A DNA stretch of 61,810 nt from Methylococcaceae bacterium (GCA_044370175.1 JBILVZ010000003.1:1-61810); one strand, 5' to 3'; numbered from the stretch's first letter, positions 43,787 through 53,457 are shown. Numbers and translations: made by a program. Notes: generated by a model from the letters alone, not told the origin.

Positions 43787-45583
43787 TTATATACCTTTGA
43801 GGTATTTCGCAGACCAAGGTTTGTAGTTGGATTTATATTCTTCTTCACGAATTACTTTTCCATTCTTATCTTTAACTATATTTTTGAAGCTGGCACTGAT
43901 TCCTGCTGCAGCCCAGTCTACTTGTACTGTTTTACCAGGAGGGAGACTTGGATCGGGAATATATACTGGGGGTGGGGCAGGTCTGAAGTTCCAGGTTTTA
44001 TGATCGACAATTTCTGCAGTGCGTCCATCAGAAGTGCCATATAATTCATAATACATATAGAGGTTTTTGCTATCTGCTTCGCCGTAAATTAAAATGGCAT
44101 GATTGGTATCGTTTCTAAATCTAAAGTCTGTTTCTCCTGAATAGACTGTTGCATCAATCCCAGGCTTGCTATTAAGCTCATAGTAGCTCACTCGGTAACT
44201 ATGCGGAAGGCGACGGGTAATTTCCAAACCTGCGTTGAGTACAGCTCGAAAAAGAGTAGAGCTAACCTGACAAACGCCACCGCCATCGCCAAGAACGGTT
44301 CTGTTTCCTTGAATAACGTAGGCAGATTTAAAGCCGGTTGCTGCAGAAATATCACCAATGGTTGTATTAAATGAAAACTGCTCTCCTGGTTTAATAATAT
44401 GGAGCGAAACCTTCTTGGTAGCTAGGGCCACATTGTGAATACGATTGGGGATTGAGTGGGCATAGTAACTTTCCCCAAAACCAATCCGCTCTTTGATGCC
44501 TATATCATTGAAGTCTGCAAGGGACTTTTTGGGAGCTACTTGTGCAAGAGGGAGTTTTCTTTCAATTGTTTTAATTGCTGGGTCGCTATTTGCTTCATGT
44601 TCACCGATTGCTTGAACTACTAGTTCTGTTGTTTTACTAACTGCAAGGGTTAAGCCGTTTCGCGGAGGAGTGAACTTGGTGACCTGTAGTGTCTCTTTGT
44701 CGTATGCGAACTCTGGTTCTTGAGGTGGGCGGTTGACTGCCTCTTCCCATGTCAAAACTTCGTCTGCAATGAGAGTAGTCTGAGTTCCCTCAGGTAACCG
44801 CAAAAAACTAACCAATTCTTTATCAGAAAGAGTGAAGGGGATACCTTCTCTAGTAAACGCGACAGTTTTGCCAACCAGTTTGCTGGCACGCGCAACGCCT
44901 TGTTCAGCTTGTTCCTGTGATAAAACTGCGCCAGTGCTTGCCACTAGTGCAGTAACTTCAAGATCAGTTGTTCCAGCTTTTTCGTTCAGTGTTTGTCTGA
45001 GCAGTTCTACCTCTACAGCTCTGCCTTGTTTGCCAGCAAAAATGCTCAATGAACTAACCACTCCGCCTTTGGCAAGTTGTGCTCGTGGTTCCTCATCTGA
45101 GAAGTCAACTTTTCTCTGCAATGCACCGATGAAATCTGTAACTGGAGCGTCAGCATAGACGACATCCACACGCGCCTCATGAGGTGTGAAGTAGCGGCGC
45201 AAAACTGTATACACCTTATCTCGAGTTCGAGTATCCGCGGGCACACCTACAAGTGGGAGAATGGCCTGATCAACAGCATATTTAGCCTGGAGTTGGCTTG
45301 AACTTGAAGCAACTGTAACATCATCAACACGTATTGTTACCTGGTGTAGTGGTGGAGCCAACAACTCAGTTTCTATTTTATTTTTAGCTTCAGCCACAGT
45401 CATATTTCCAACCTCAATACCATTAACTGTGGTATTGAGTGGTAAATGGGATTTGGCATTTAGGTAAATAAGCAGTAGAATACCAGCGATGAGACAACTA
45501 AATCCAGCTGCTGCAAAGGAAATAGTAGTTAGTTTTGCAGTTTGAGTGGAAGACGTAGTAAAATATTGTTTAGTGTCAGACAT
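43787..45583 (-). CDS. VanW family protein (YoaR-like) with peptidoglycan-binding repeats
   Basis: N-terminal TM; NRIHNVALA..IKPGEQFSFN..GDGGGVCQVSSTLFRA..RLPHSYRVSYY..GIDATV..DFRFRNDT. Confidence 0.9.
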   Translation of the reverse strand: MSDTKQYFTTSSTQTAKLTTISFAAAGFSCLIAGILLLIYLNAKSHLPLNTTVNGIEVGNMTVAEAKNKIETELLAPPLHQVTIRVDDVTVASSSSQLQAKYAVDQAILPLVGVPADTRTRDKVYTVLRRYFTPHEARVDVVYADAPVTDFIGALQRKVDFSDEEPRAQLAKGGVVSSLSIFAGKQGRAVEVELLRQTLNEKAGTTDLEVTALVASTGAVLSQEQAEQGVARASKLVGKTVAFTREGIPFTLSDKELVSFLRLPEGTQTTLIADEVLTWEEAVNRPPQEPEFAYDKETLQVTKFTPPRNGLTLAVSKTTELVVQAIGEHEANSDPAIKTIERKLPLAQVAPKKSLADFNDIGIKERIGFGESYYAHSIPNRIHNVALATKKVSLHIIKPGEQFSFNTTIGDISAATGFKSAYVIQGNRTVLGDGGGVCQVSSTLFRAVLNAGLEITRRLPHSYRVSYYELNSKPGIDATVYSGETDFRFRNDTNHAILIYGEADSKNLYMYYELYGTSDGRTAEIVDHKTWNFRPAPPPVYIPDPSLPPGKTVQVDWAAAGISASFKNIVKDKNGKVIREEEYKSNYKPWSAKYLKGI

Positions 45584-45688
45584 ATGGTTGTTCGCTATGC
45601 TATCATGTATATAGACAATAAGCTGTGTGTATATTGTGTCAGATTAGCTGCGATCCTTCCAGCAGTAATGTAAAAATAGTACTATATT

Positions 45689-47713
45689 ATGCCCGCTCCA
45701 TTACCTAAACCTGCCACCCCACCAGTAAAAGCTGCCGATCAAGCACAACGGCCAGCTGCGCCAGTCGGTTCTCCTAAACCACTTACCCCAAGTATTCCAG
45801 TGGCACCTGCACGACCTGTTGAGTCAGCAAAGCAAACCTTTGGTAGTGTTGCGCCAGCTGCGCCGACAAGTCCCGCAGCTCAGGTAAATGCCTCGAGCGG
45901 GGTCTCTCCCATTGCACCAAAACCTGCTATTCCAACGCAACCAATCACACCTGTGCAAACTCCTAGTGCAACACCAACTGCACCCACTGTAGCGCCATCT
46001 GTAGTAGCGTCCCCAACACCAGTGGTTGCTCCAACTCCTCAGGTGCCTGTTCAAAAAGTAGCTGCGCCACCCATGCCTCAAGCTATGCCAAAGAGTGTGT
46101 TACCTCCACAACCGCTTCAAGCGACACCAATTCCTCAACAGCGGGCTCGCATTCAAACACCGCCACAAACATTAACAGCACTCTCATCAATGGCAAGTAA
46201 TAAACTGCCTGCAGGTGCTGGAGCGGTAGCAGAGCAGGTTGCCTCAGTGGATCCTAAAAAAACTGGTCCAAATGTTACTGCAGCACCGCAAGCTCCTAAG
46301 AAGTCTGCTGAACCACAGTTTGTGCAACCAAAAAAATCTTGGTTTAAGTACCTGCCATTTGTGGGTGGTGGCATTTTGTTACTCCTAGTTATTGGTTTTG
46401 TAGCTTTTAGATTTTTAGGATTGGGCGGATCAGCGACAACCAGTATTCAAAACAATTCTGGTGATACCACGACAAACCGTGGTGCTAACCCAGGTTCTGG
46501 TAGTGTTGCCACTGGTTCTAAAGTTACTCTTGAGTATTGGGGTTTGTGGGAGCCAACAGAAACAATGGCAAGTGTGATTAAGGACTATGAAGCCAAAAAT
46601 CCTACTGTAACTATCAAGTACAACAAGCAGTCTCATCAAGATTATCGCGTCCGCTTGCAAAATGCACTTAGCTCAGAAAACGGTCCTGATATTTTTAGAT
46701 TCCATGCCTCATGGGTGCCGATGTTGCGGCAGCAGCTCTCTGCACTGCCAGTTTCAATCCTCAGTCCTAATGAATATCAAACAACGTTCTATCCTGTTGC
46801 AGTCGCACAGCTTCAATCCAACGGCCAGATTGTCGGTATTCCGCTCATGTATGATGGCTTAGTTTTGTTCTACAACAAAGAACTATTTGAAACTGCCGTT
46901 ATGGAGCCCCCAAAGACTTGGGCGGATCTGAGAACTGTGGCGGGGCAACTTAAGTTAGAGTCTGGTACTACGCTGACCCGTGGTGGAATTGCGATGGGCA
47001 ATGCAACCAACGTTGAACACTTCTCCGATATTTTAGCGCTCTTGATTTTGCAAAACGGAGGAGACTTATCAAAGCCCAGCTCTAAAGAAGTACATGATGC
47101 ACTACTGTTTTATACCAACTTTATTAAAACGGATGAAGTTTGGAGTAGTACCCTGCCAAGTTCTACGATTGCTTTTGCTCGTGGTGAGGTAGCAATGATG
47201 TTTGCTCCCTCTTGGAGAGCTCATGAAGTGAAAGCAATGAATCCAGATCTAAAGTTTGCTACTGTTCCTGTTCCACAACTATCTGATACACGCATCGGTT
47301 GGGCGACGTATTGGGCAGAAGGTGTCAATGCAAAGAGTACAAAAAAGGAAGAATCATGGAAGTTTTTGAAGTTTCTCAGTAGTAAAGAAATTCAGCAAAA
47401 ACTCTTTGCTGACCAAGCAAAAACGCGTGCTTTTGGAGAGTTGTACTCACGCAGAGATCTTGCAAATGATCTAGCAGGAGATCCTGTGGCTAGTGCGGTT
47501 ATCCAAGATGCTCCCTTTGCTCAGGGTTGGCAGATGAGTTCATATACGCATGATGATGGCGCAAATGATCAAATAGTTAAATATTATGAAGATGCTATTA
47601 CTGCCTTAAATCAGGGGGAGTCTGTGGAAGAGGTGCAGGCTACACTCACCCAAGGGGTTAGTCAGGTGTTGCGTCAGTATGGCATTGCAAGTAGTACTAC
47701 AACTGCGCAGTAG
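45689..47713 (+). CDS. Extracellular solute-binding protein (family 1, sugar-type) with long Pro/Ala-rich N-terminus and internal TM
   Basis: TLEYWGLWE, GPDIFRFHASW, GIPLMYDGLVLFYNKELF, PPKTWADL, FARGEVAMMFAPSWR, SWKFLKFL. Confidence 0.88.
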   Translation: MPAPLPKPATPPVKAADQAQRPAAPVGSPKPLTPSIPVAPARPVESAKQTFGSVAPAAPTSPAAQVNASSGVSPIAPKPAIPTQPITPVQTPSATPTAPTVAPSVVASPTPVVAPTPQVPVQKVAAPPMPQAMPKSVLPPQPLQATPIPQQRARIQTPPQTLTALSSMASNKLPAGAGAVAEQVASVDPKKTGPNVTAAPQAPKKSAEPQFVQPKKSWFKYLPFVGGGILLLLVIGFVAFRFLGLGGSATTSIQNNSGDTTTNRGANPGSGSVATGSKVTLEYWGLWEPTETMASVIKDYEAKNPTVTIKYNKQSHQDYRVRLQNALSSENGPDIFRFHASWVPMLRQQLSALPVSILSPNEYQTTFYPVAVAQLQSNGQIVGIPLMYDGLVLFYNKELFETAVMEPPKTWADLRTVAGQLKLESGTTLTRGGIAMGNATNVEHFSDILALLILQNGGDLSKPSSKEVHDALLFYTNFIKTDEVWSSTLPSSTIAFARGEVAMMFAPSWRAHEVKAMNPDLKFATVPVPQLSDTRIGWATYWAEGVNAKSTKKEESWKFLKFLSSKEIQQKLFADQAKTRAFGELYSRRDLANDLAGDPVASAVIQDAPFAQGWQMSSYTHDDGANDQIVKYYEDAITALNQGESVEEVQATLTQGVSQVLRQYGIASSTTTAQ

Positions 47714-47740
47714 CTTTGCCCACTTCACACACCAGGTATA

Positions 47741-48670
47741 ATGAGTAGCGTGTCAGATCACTTCTATAGAGACTTACTACTAACTTTGGCATATAGTGCT
47801 CAGTTTAGCTATCCACTGACTGTGGGTGAGTTGTTTTTGCGTCGCATAGCACGTTCTACAAAAGTAGGTTTAGTGCAGTATGCTCGAGAAACAATTTTTA
47901 TTTTGCCCGCACTTGTTCAGTTAATTAGATTTGGTAAAGTAGAGTACTTAGGTGGGTATCTGTTTCTGTCGGGTGAACAACACACAGTTGCAACACGTAC
48001 CAGAAGAAAAAAAACGACTGCAGCTAAATTTGCAGAGCTTGAGCCACTTATCTCAATTTTACGTAAATTACCAGGTATCGCTGGAGTAGCAATCACTGGT
48101 TCAGCAGCGGTTTTTAATGCTGATACAAATGATGATGTTGATCTGCTAATTATTACGGAGGATCAGCGTCTTTGGATTTTACGACCGCTGATTCTTTTTT
48201 TTGCATTCCTTTATGGAAAACGGCGCACCTGGCACAGAGAAGAAAAAAACAGTTGGTGCTTTAATCTTTGGCTTGAGCGATCAGCACTGGCTCAACCACG
48301 ACCTTCCCATTCGCTGTATGTTGCCTATGAAGTGTGCCAAGCTAAATGGGTGATTGATGTCGGAGATTGTAAACAATCGTTTTTGCGTCGTAATCACTGG
48401 GTGCGTTCTTATATACCTGTGTACTACAGTTGGTGTAAGGATCAATCAGTAGTATACACATACGGTTCACAGCAAAACTATTTGGCGTATTGGCCAGTTC
48501 TCTCTGAGTGTATAGGGATCTTAAACTACTGCGCCTATCTACTGCAAAGATGGTATATGTCGCAACATATGACTCGAGAGCGAGTGACACTTCAAGCTGC
48601 TTTCTTTCACCCAAGAGACACTGGGCTCATTGTCGCTGCTAAATATCATGATATAGTGAGGAAGTTATAA
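47741..48670 (+). CDS. Pol-beta-superfamily nucleotidyltransferase-like protein
   Basis: VAITGSAA..DDVDLLII (GS..DxD motif); true start may be GTG 47750 because TATAAT overlaps ATG 47741. Confidence 0.65.
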   Translation: MSSVSDHFYRDLLLTLAYSAQFSYPLTVGELFLRRIARSTKVGLVQYARETIFILPALVQLIRFGKVEYLGGYLFLSGEQHTVATRTRRKKTTAAKFAELEPLISILRKLPGIAGVAITGSAAVFNADTNDDVDLLIITEDQRLWILRPLILFFAFLYGKRRTWHREEKNSWCFNLWLERSALAQPRPSHSLYVAYEVCQAKWVIDVGDCKQSFLRRNHWVRSYIPVYYSWCKDQSVVYTYGSQQNYLAYWPVLSECIGILNYCAYLLQRWYMSQHMTRERVTLQAAFFHPRDTGLIVAAKYHDIVRKL

Positions 48671-48687
48671 AACTGAATCAGTAGTAT

Positions 48688-49116
48688 ATGCATACGCACA
48701 CAATACTAGCAACGGGTGTTTTTGATATTTTACATGACGAGCATATTCAGTTTCTCAAGAGAGCAAAGGCGTTGGGTGGAAAGCTGGTGGTTGGTTTAGA
48801 AAGTGATGTTCGAGTGCGACAACTCAAAGGTGTGGGCAGACCAATTAATACTCAAGAGGTGCGGGTGAAAAATCTCGAACAGCTCAAGTTGGTGGATGAG
48901 GTGTTTATTCTGCCCGAAGTATTTGATAAACCAGAACACCACCGCGCAGTCCTGGCCGCTATCAAGCCAGATATCTTAGCGGTTTCTTCACACAGCCCTC
49001 ATCTAGATGCTAAGCGTGCGCTGATGCGTGAACTTGGCGGTAGTGTGGTTATTGTCCATCAACAGAATCCTGCAGTCTCCACAACACTAATACTTGCACA
49101 ACAGAAAAGCAACTAA
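48688..49116 (+). CDS. Cytidylyltransferase-like (HIGH-motif) nucleotidyltransferase; RibL/TagD/RfaE-II family
   Basis: ATGVFDILHDEHIQFLKRAKALGGKLVVGLESD..KG..RP..R..L..VDEV..KPDI..STT. Confidence 0.85.
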   Translation: MHTHTILATGVFDILHDEHIQFLKRAKALGGKLVVGLESDVRVRQLKGVGRPINTQEVRVKNLEQLKLVDEVFILPEVFDKPEHHRAVLAAIKPDILAVSSHSPHLDAKRALMRELGGSVVIVHQQNPAVSTTLILAQQKSN

Positions 49117-49137
49117 GATACCAGTAGGAATATAGAT

Positions 49138-50568
49138 ATGGCAAAAGTTAAAACTCAGTTTGTCTGTCAAAGTTGTGGGCAAAGCTACCCACGCTGGACA
49201 GGGCAGTGTCCAAACTGTAGTGCTTGGAATACCCTGGTCGAAGAGCTCAAAGAAACTAAGGCTGCAGGACTTTCTCGAGTCGCAGCTCCAGCTATAGGTA
49301 TTCCGTTTTCTCGAGTCGAGCTCATAAAAGACGCAAAAAGACGGTTTTCAACAGGAGTTGGAGAGTTGGATCGTGTTTTGGGTGGTGAGAAAGAGGTGAT
49401 GGGGATGGTGCGAGGAGCAGTAATGCTGATTGGCGGCGAGCCAGGTATTGGCAAGTCAACGCTGCTGACACAAGTAGTCCTAGAACAACTACGAGCTGTG
49501 CAAGCTACAGAACAAGCAAACCAAATCAAGCTACCTAACGGTGGCACTCCAGTGAAAGTGCGTCCCATTGTGTATGTTTGTGGTGAAGAGAGTCCAAGTC
49601 AAATAACGCTACGAATCAATAGAATTCTTGAACTTCAAACACAAAAAATAGAAGATAGGTCTGTCTTAGAAAACCTACTATTTTTGCCCAGCACTGATGT
49701 TGATAGGGTAGTTTCAGCACTGCGTGAGCTTGAGCCACAACTAGTGGTAGTGGATAGTATCCAGACTATGACAACTGAGGACTTGCTCGGTTCTTCTGGA
49801 AGTGTTGGCCAGGTGCGTGAGTCTGCAGAGCGTTTATCACAGGTCGCTAAAGAAGTAGGATTTCCCATGTTTCTGGTTGGCCATGTTACAAAGGAAGGGC
49901 AGCTGGCAGGACCAAAAGTCCTTGAACACATTGTTGATACAGTTTTAGAGCTGACGGGCGAGCGTACGAGCGACTTGCGCTTAGTGCGTGCCATCAAAAA
50001 TCGCTTTGGGGCAACAGATGAAGTGGGGGTTCTGCAGCTTGGAGAGGCTGGGTTCATTTCAGTGGCTAATCCTAGCAGCCTATTCCTTGAGCATCAGCAG
50101 AAGCCGGTGGCAGGTTCAGCCACGGTCTGTGTTTTGGAGGGTACTCGACCACTCTTGTTGGAAGTTCAAGCACTTGCAGTTCGCTCACAGCTGGCAATGC
50201 CTCGTCGAGTTGGACGTGGGGTAGAGCTTACTCGTATTCAAGTTATTTCCGCAATTTTACAGAAATATTGCCGCATGCCTCTTGATAACTATGACTTATT
50301 TATTAACTTAGCAGGTGGATACTCAACAAAAGAGCCAGGACTTGATCTGGGAATGGCGCTCGCTATAGCTAGCTCGTTACAAAATAAACCAATTCCAGCC
50401 GGTACAGTTTTTATTGGTGAGGTAGGGTTGTTGGGGGAAATTCGCCAAGTAAACCTGATTGACAGGCGAGTAAAGGAGAGTTTAAGGCTTGGATTTAGTG
50501 ATGTTATATCAAAGCAAACCCACAGTTCGATAAAAAATATTGTTCATCAATTCGGCTTAGATTCGTAA
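49138..50568 (+). CDS. radA: DNA repair protein RadA/Sms
   Basis: C4 Zn finger CQSCG..CPNC, Walker A GEPGIGKS, DSIQT, KNRFG, Lon-like C-terminus GEVGLLGEIR. Confidence 0.97.
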   Translation: MAKVKTQFVCQSCGQSYPRWTGQCPNCSAWNTLVEELKETKAAGLSRVAAPAIGIPFSRVELIKDAKRRFSTGVGELDRVLGGEKEVMGMVRGAVMLIGGEPGIGKSTLLTQVVLEQLRAVQATEQANQIKLPNGGTPVKVRPIVYVCGEESPSQITLRINRILELQTQKIEDRSVLENLLFLPSTDVDRVVSALRELEPQLVVVDSIQTMTTEDLLGSSGSVGQVRESAERLSQVAKEVGFPMFLVGHVTKEGQLAGPKVLEHIVDTVLELTGERTSDLRLVRAIKNRFGATDEVGVLQLGEAGFISVANPSSLFLEHQQKPVAGSATVCVLEGTRPLLLEVQALAVRSQLAMPRRVGRGVELTRIQVISAILQKYCRMPLDNYDLFINLAGGYSTKEPGLDLGMALAIASSLQNKPIPAGTVFIGEVGLLGEIRQVNLIDRRVKESLRLGFSDVISKQTHSSIKNIVHQFGLDS

Positions 50569-50666
50569 AATACTATGGGTGATTGATTCGGGTGAGAGTT
50601 TGATACATGGCGTAGAGATCTACAAACAAATTTCTAAGAAAATCCAGGTGTTTGTGCAGTATCCAA

Positions 50667-52820
50667 TTATTTGCGCTTAGCGTACCGCTCGCCACTACTG
50701 CGCAACACCTTCTCGCGGTTGCTGTTATTACTTTTTGAGAGTCCAAGTGTTTGAGCGGGGAAGGGTGCAGAGATTTGATTGTTAATAGCGATCTTATTGA
50801 TAATCTGATATTTACCCAGTGAAACCAAGTCCTCAGAAGTGTAGGCATCACCAAACTCTTTATTAAAAACCTGTGCATCGTCTGCGCCCATCACAAAACT
50901 AACGATACTACCACAGTTACCAAAGATTGCCTTCTGCACCTCTTCTGGAACCTGAGCAATATATTGATTGGCCAAAGTTAGATTGAGTCGATACTTACGA
51001 GCTTCAGATAAAATTTTGGTGAAAGACTCAGTGGCGAAGTTTTGAAATTCATCAACATAGAGATAAAAATCTCTACGAGATTCCTCAGGGACATGCACTC
51101 GAGCCATTGCTGCTAGCTGAATCTTAGTAATCAACATAGCACCCAAAAGAGTTGCATTGTCTTCACCTAGCTTCCCTTGGGAAAGATTGACCAATATAAT
51201 TTTACCTTGATCCATCGCTTCCTCAATGCTGAACGAACTTTTGCGCGCATTCACCACATCGCGAATCAGTGGAGAAGAGACAAACTGCCCAACTTTATTG
51301 AGAATAGGTGCAATTGCCTCATTACGCTGCTTATCTTGTAGCACATCAAATTCATTTACCCAGAAATTTTTTAAGATTGGATCATCCAGCTTTTCTACCA
51401 TCTGCATGCGAAATTTAGCATCAGTCAACATGTCTACAATATCCGAGAGGCGAGCGCTCTCACTTTTGAGTAAGGTAAGTAGGGCGTTGCGTAAAATATA
51501 CTCAAGCCGTGGCCCCCAAGAGTATGAGTAAAGTTTTCTAAAAACAGAAACAATGCCTGAAGCAATCAGTTCACGATGGACAACATTATTGCCTTCAAAG
51601 AGGTTGAGCCGCACTGTTCGTTCGGGGTCGCTGGGGTCAAAATAAATGGTGTCATTGATCCGATGGGAGGGGATATAGTTGAGGAGTGTTTCAACTAGAT
51701 CTCCATGTGGGTCAATCACACACAACCCTTCGTCATTGCGTAGATCATTAATGGCCATGTTTGCCAGCATGGTAGACTTACCGGTACCGGTTTTTCCAAT
51801 TACATACAGGTGACGGCGTCGATCTGTTCTCTGCAGGCCGTAGACGGTTTCACTATTTTTGTAGAGGGTGCGCGCAAAGCAGTTGATCTCTCCTTTTGCT
51901 TCAGCAGACATCTCAACGGTGAGAATAGGCAAATTTTCAGGTGGTTCACCGAGTAGTTTTTTGCCCCAGGCGATATTCATTACAGTTGTCAATAAATTGT
52001 TTGGAAGGTGAAAGAGTGTTGCTAGTTCACTTACACTCAAGTGATTAGTTTTTTGCCAGCCAAAGGCACGCCGTTTAACTGTTTGTAAAAATGACTTTTT
52101 AAAGAACCAGACAAAAGAGACTTTGAGATAGTTGCTTTCACTCAAAGAAAATGCCTGAAAAGCATTACTGATATTTTCAAAGACGAGGTTGCTGCGTTCA
52201 TCTGAGTCTGAGCTAACGATTAAACGGATTGCCACTTGCAGAGATTCAAGACTAGTTTTTCTTGCGATTAAACTTTGTTGGGGATGTGGGGTTGTGGTAG
52301 TAGCGTCAGTTGGTTTCCACGTCTGTTTTTCTTTAGATACAACAAACTGCAGCAAAATCCGGTCAAAAGGGCCAGCTTGAGAAAGAGTGGAGAGCAGGGG
52401 GAGGAGCGCATCTGTACTCGAAAATTGATCAAAAGTCTTAAGTGGCAAGTAGTCAGCATTACCCAGTCGTACGGTACCAAGTTGGAGGAATCTACTTTGA
52501 CTTTCCACAAAGTGGTCATGTAGATGTAAAAAACCATCAACGGGATCTTGTTCTAGGGGCGTAATCAGTACCTGCGGGTAGCTGGCAAAGAGCAGGCTCT
52601 TGATGTACTCGACCAAACGGGTGGGGCAGTAGCAGAGAAAAAATATTGTTTGATTTTCTACTAAGATTTCAAAACTAATATATTCACTCTTTCGGTTTAG
52701 TTTGCTCCAAAGAGTGTTTTGTAGTTCTGGCAGTGCTCCAAATAGTTGAACTGCCGCTTCGCAAGTGTAGGTATTATTGCGTCCAACGCGTAGTTCAAGC
52801 AGTGTGTGTGGTGCGGGCAT
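50667..52820 (-). CDS. VirD4/TrwB-like coupling ATPase
   Basis: DRRRHLYVIGKTGTGKST, VIDPHGDL, YLYVDEFQNF, LSEARKYRLNLTLANQYIAQ, IFGNCGS. Confidence 0.85.
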   Translation of the reverse strand: MPAPHTLLELRVGRNNTYTCEAAVQLFGALPELQNTLWSKLNRKSEYISFEILVENQTIFFLCYCPTRLVEYIKSLLFASYPQVLITPLEQDPVDGFLHLHDHFVESQSRFLQLGTVRLGNADYLPLKTFDQFSSTDALLPLLSTLSQAGPFDRILLQFVVSKEKQTWKPTDATTTTPHPQQSLIARKTSLESLQVAIRLIVSSDSDERSNLVFENISNAFQAFSLSESNYLKVSFVWFFKKSFLQTVKRRAFGWQKTNHLSVSELATLFHLPNNLLTTVMNIAWGKKLLGEPPENLPILTVEMSAEAKGEINCFARTLYKNSETVYGLQRTDRRRHLYVIGKTGTGKSTMLANMAINDLRNDEGLCVIDPHGDLVETLLNYIPSHRINDTIYFDPSDPERTVRLNLFEGNNVVHRELIASGIVSVFRKLYSYSWGPRLEYILRNALLTLLKSESARLSDIVDMLTDAKFRMQMVEKLDDPILKNFWVNEFDVLQDKQRNEAIAPILNKVGQFVSSPLIRDVVNARKSSFSIEEAMDQGKIILVNLSQGKLGEDNATLLGAMLITKIQLAAMARVHVPEESRRDFYLYVDEFQNFATESFTKILSEARKYRLNLTLANQYIAQVPEEVQKAIFGNCGSIVSFVMGADDAQVFNKEFGDAYTSEDLVSLGKYQIINKIAINNQISAPFPAQTLGLSKSNNSNREKVLRSSGERYAKRK

Positions 52821-52876
52821 GATGAGATAAGTATACCACTTCGAGTGGGTAGGTCGTTATAGCAGGTTAAAAATGT

Positions 52877-52895
52877 TGTGTACAAGTTATCCACA
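52877..52895. promoter_or_regulatory. Pair of DnaA boxes upstream of the VirD4-like gene
   Basis: TGTGTACAA (52877-85) and perfect TTATCCACA (52887-95), opposite orientations, 1 nt apart, intergenic. Confidence 0.6.
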
Positions 52896-53003
52896 GCGAT
52901 TGGTGAAAAACAATAGTTGTTTATAATTACTTATTTTATTGGCTAAAATACTTGCTATAAAAAATATGGGACTTATATTAAAACCGAAAAAAGAAACTAT
53001 AGG

Positions 53004-53032
53004 TTGACGAGAAAAGAGCAGATCGCTATACT
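53004..53032 (+). promoter_or_regulatory. Sigma70-type promoter for candidate ncRNA
   Basis: TTGACG-N17-TATACT. Confidence 0.7.
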
Positions 53033-53038
53033 ACGAAT

Positions 53039-53321
53039 AATTAAGTTTTACCGAAAGAAGATTGAGTGTTTTTAGGAAAAAGAGAGGAGAAATAAAAAAA
53101 GCATCACTACCGCTGGACAGACCACGAGAAGCAATGCCTTTTTCTATAGAGATCCATCAATTTTGATGAATCCTCAAGTGAACAAAAATATACCAAGTTC
53201 ACACCTTTCTGTAAACTCAATCTTATCGCAGCTAAACATATTAAACTATACCTATGAGAGTGTTTTGTGGGAGTTCGGCAGTTGGGCAGGCAGCCGAGCT
53301 CCCACAAAGCACTCTCTTTTT
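53039..53321 (+). ncRNA. Candidate structured ncRNA (~280 nt), family unknown
   Basis: Bounded by a promoter and a terminator; nested helices (see findings); no convincing ORF. Confidence 0.5.
53256..53321 (+). terminator. 24-bp hairpin plus U-tract
   Basis: GAGAGTGTTTTGTGGGAGTTCGGC / GCCGAGCTCCCACAAAGCACTCTC, 13-nt loop, two G-U pairs on the + strand, then TTTTT. Confidence 0.8.
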
Positions 53322-53401
53322 GTATGCTCACCATGTTTTGGCTAAATAAGTACTTAATCGTTGAACCCACCGACTGAACCAGATGGAAGTATCCTATAAA
53401 C

Positions 53402-53430
53402 TTGAAAAATAGCTGAAAATGTGCTATAGT
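53402..53430 (+). promoter_or_regulatory. Promoter of sortase gene
   Basis: TTGAAA-N17-TATAGT with extended -10 TG. Confidence 0.55.
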
Positions 53431-53457
53431 TGCGCGAGTAGTTAGCTATATGTTGTC

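Noticed and set aside
47741-48670. MNT-HEPN toxin-antitoxin or abortive-infection system
   Set aside because: No HEPN (RxxxxH) partner adjacent; neighbours are housekeeping-type.
53039-53321. Assignment as RNase P RNA, tmRNA, SRP RNA or 6S RNA
   Set aside because: No GAGGAAAGUCC, no tRNA-like ends or CCA, no SRP GNRA/AGCAG helix; multibranch rather than the 6S rod. Not excluded without Infernal.
53163-53345. 60-aa ORF inside the ncRNA candidate (possible type I toxin)
   Set aside because: Runs through the terminator hairpin, no SD at a usable distance, no hydrophobic helix.
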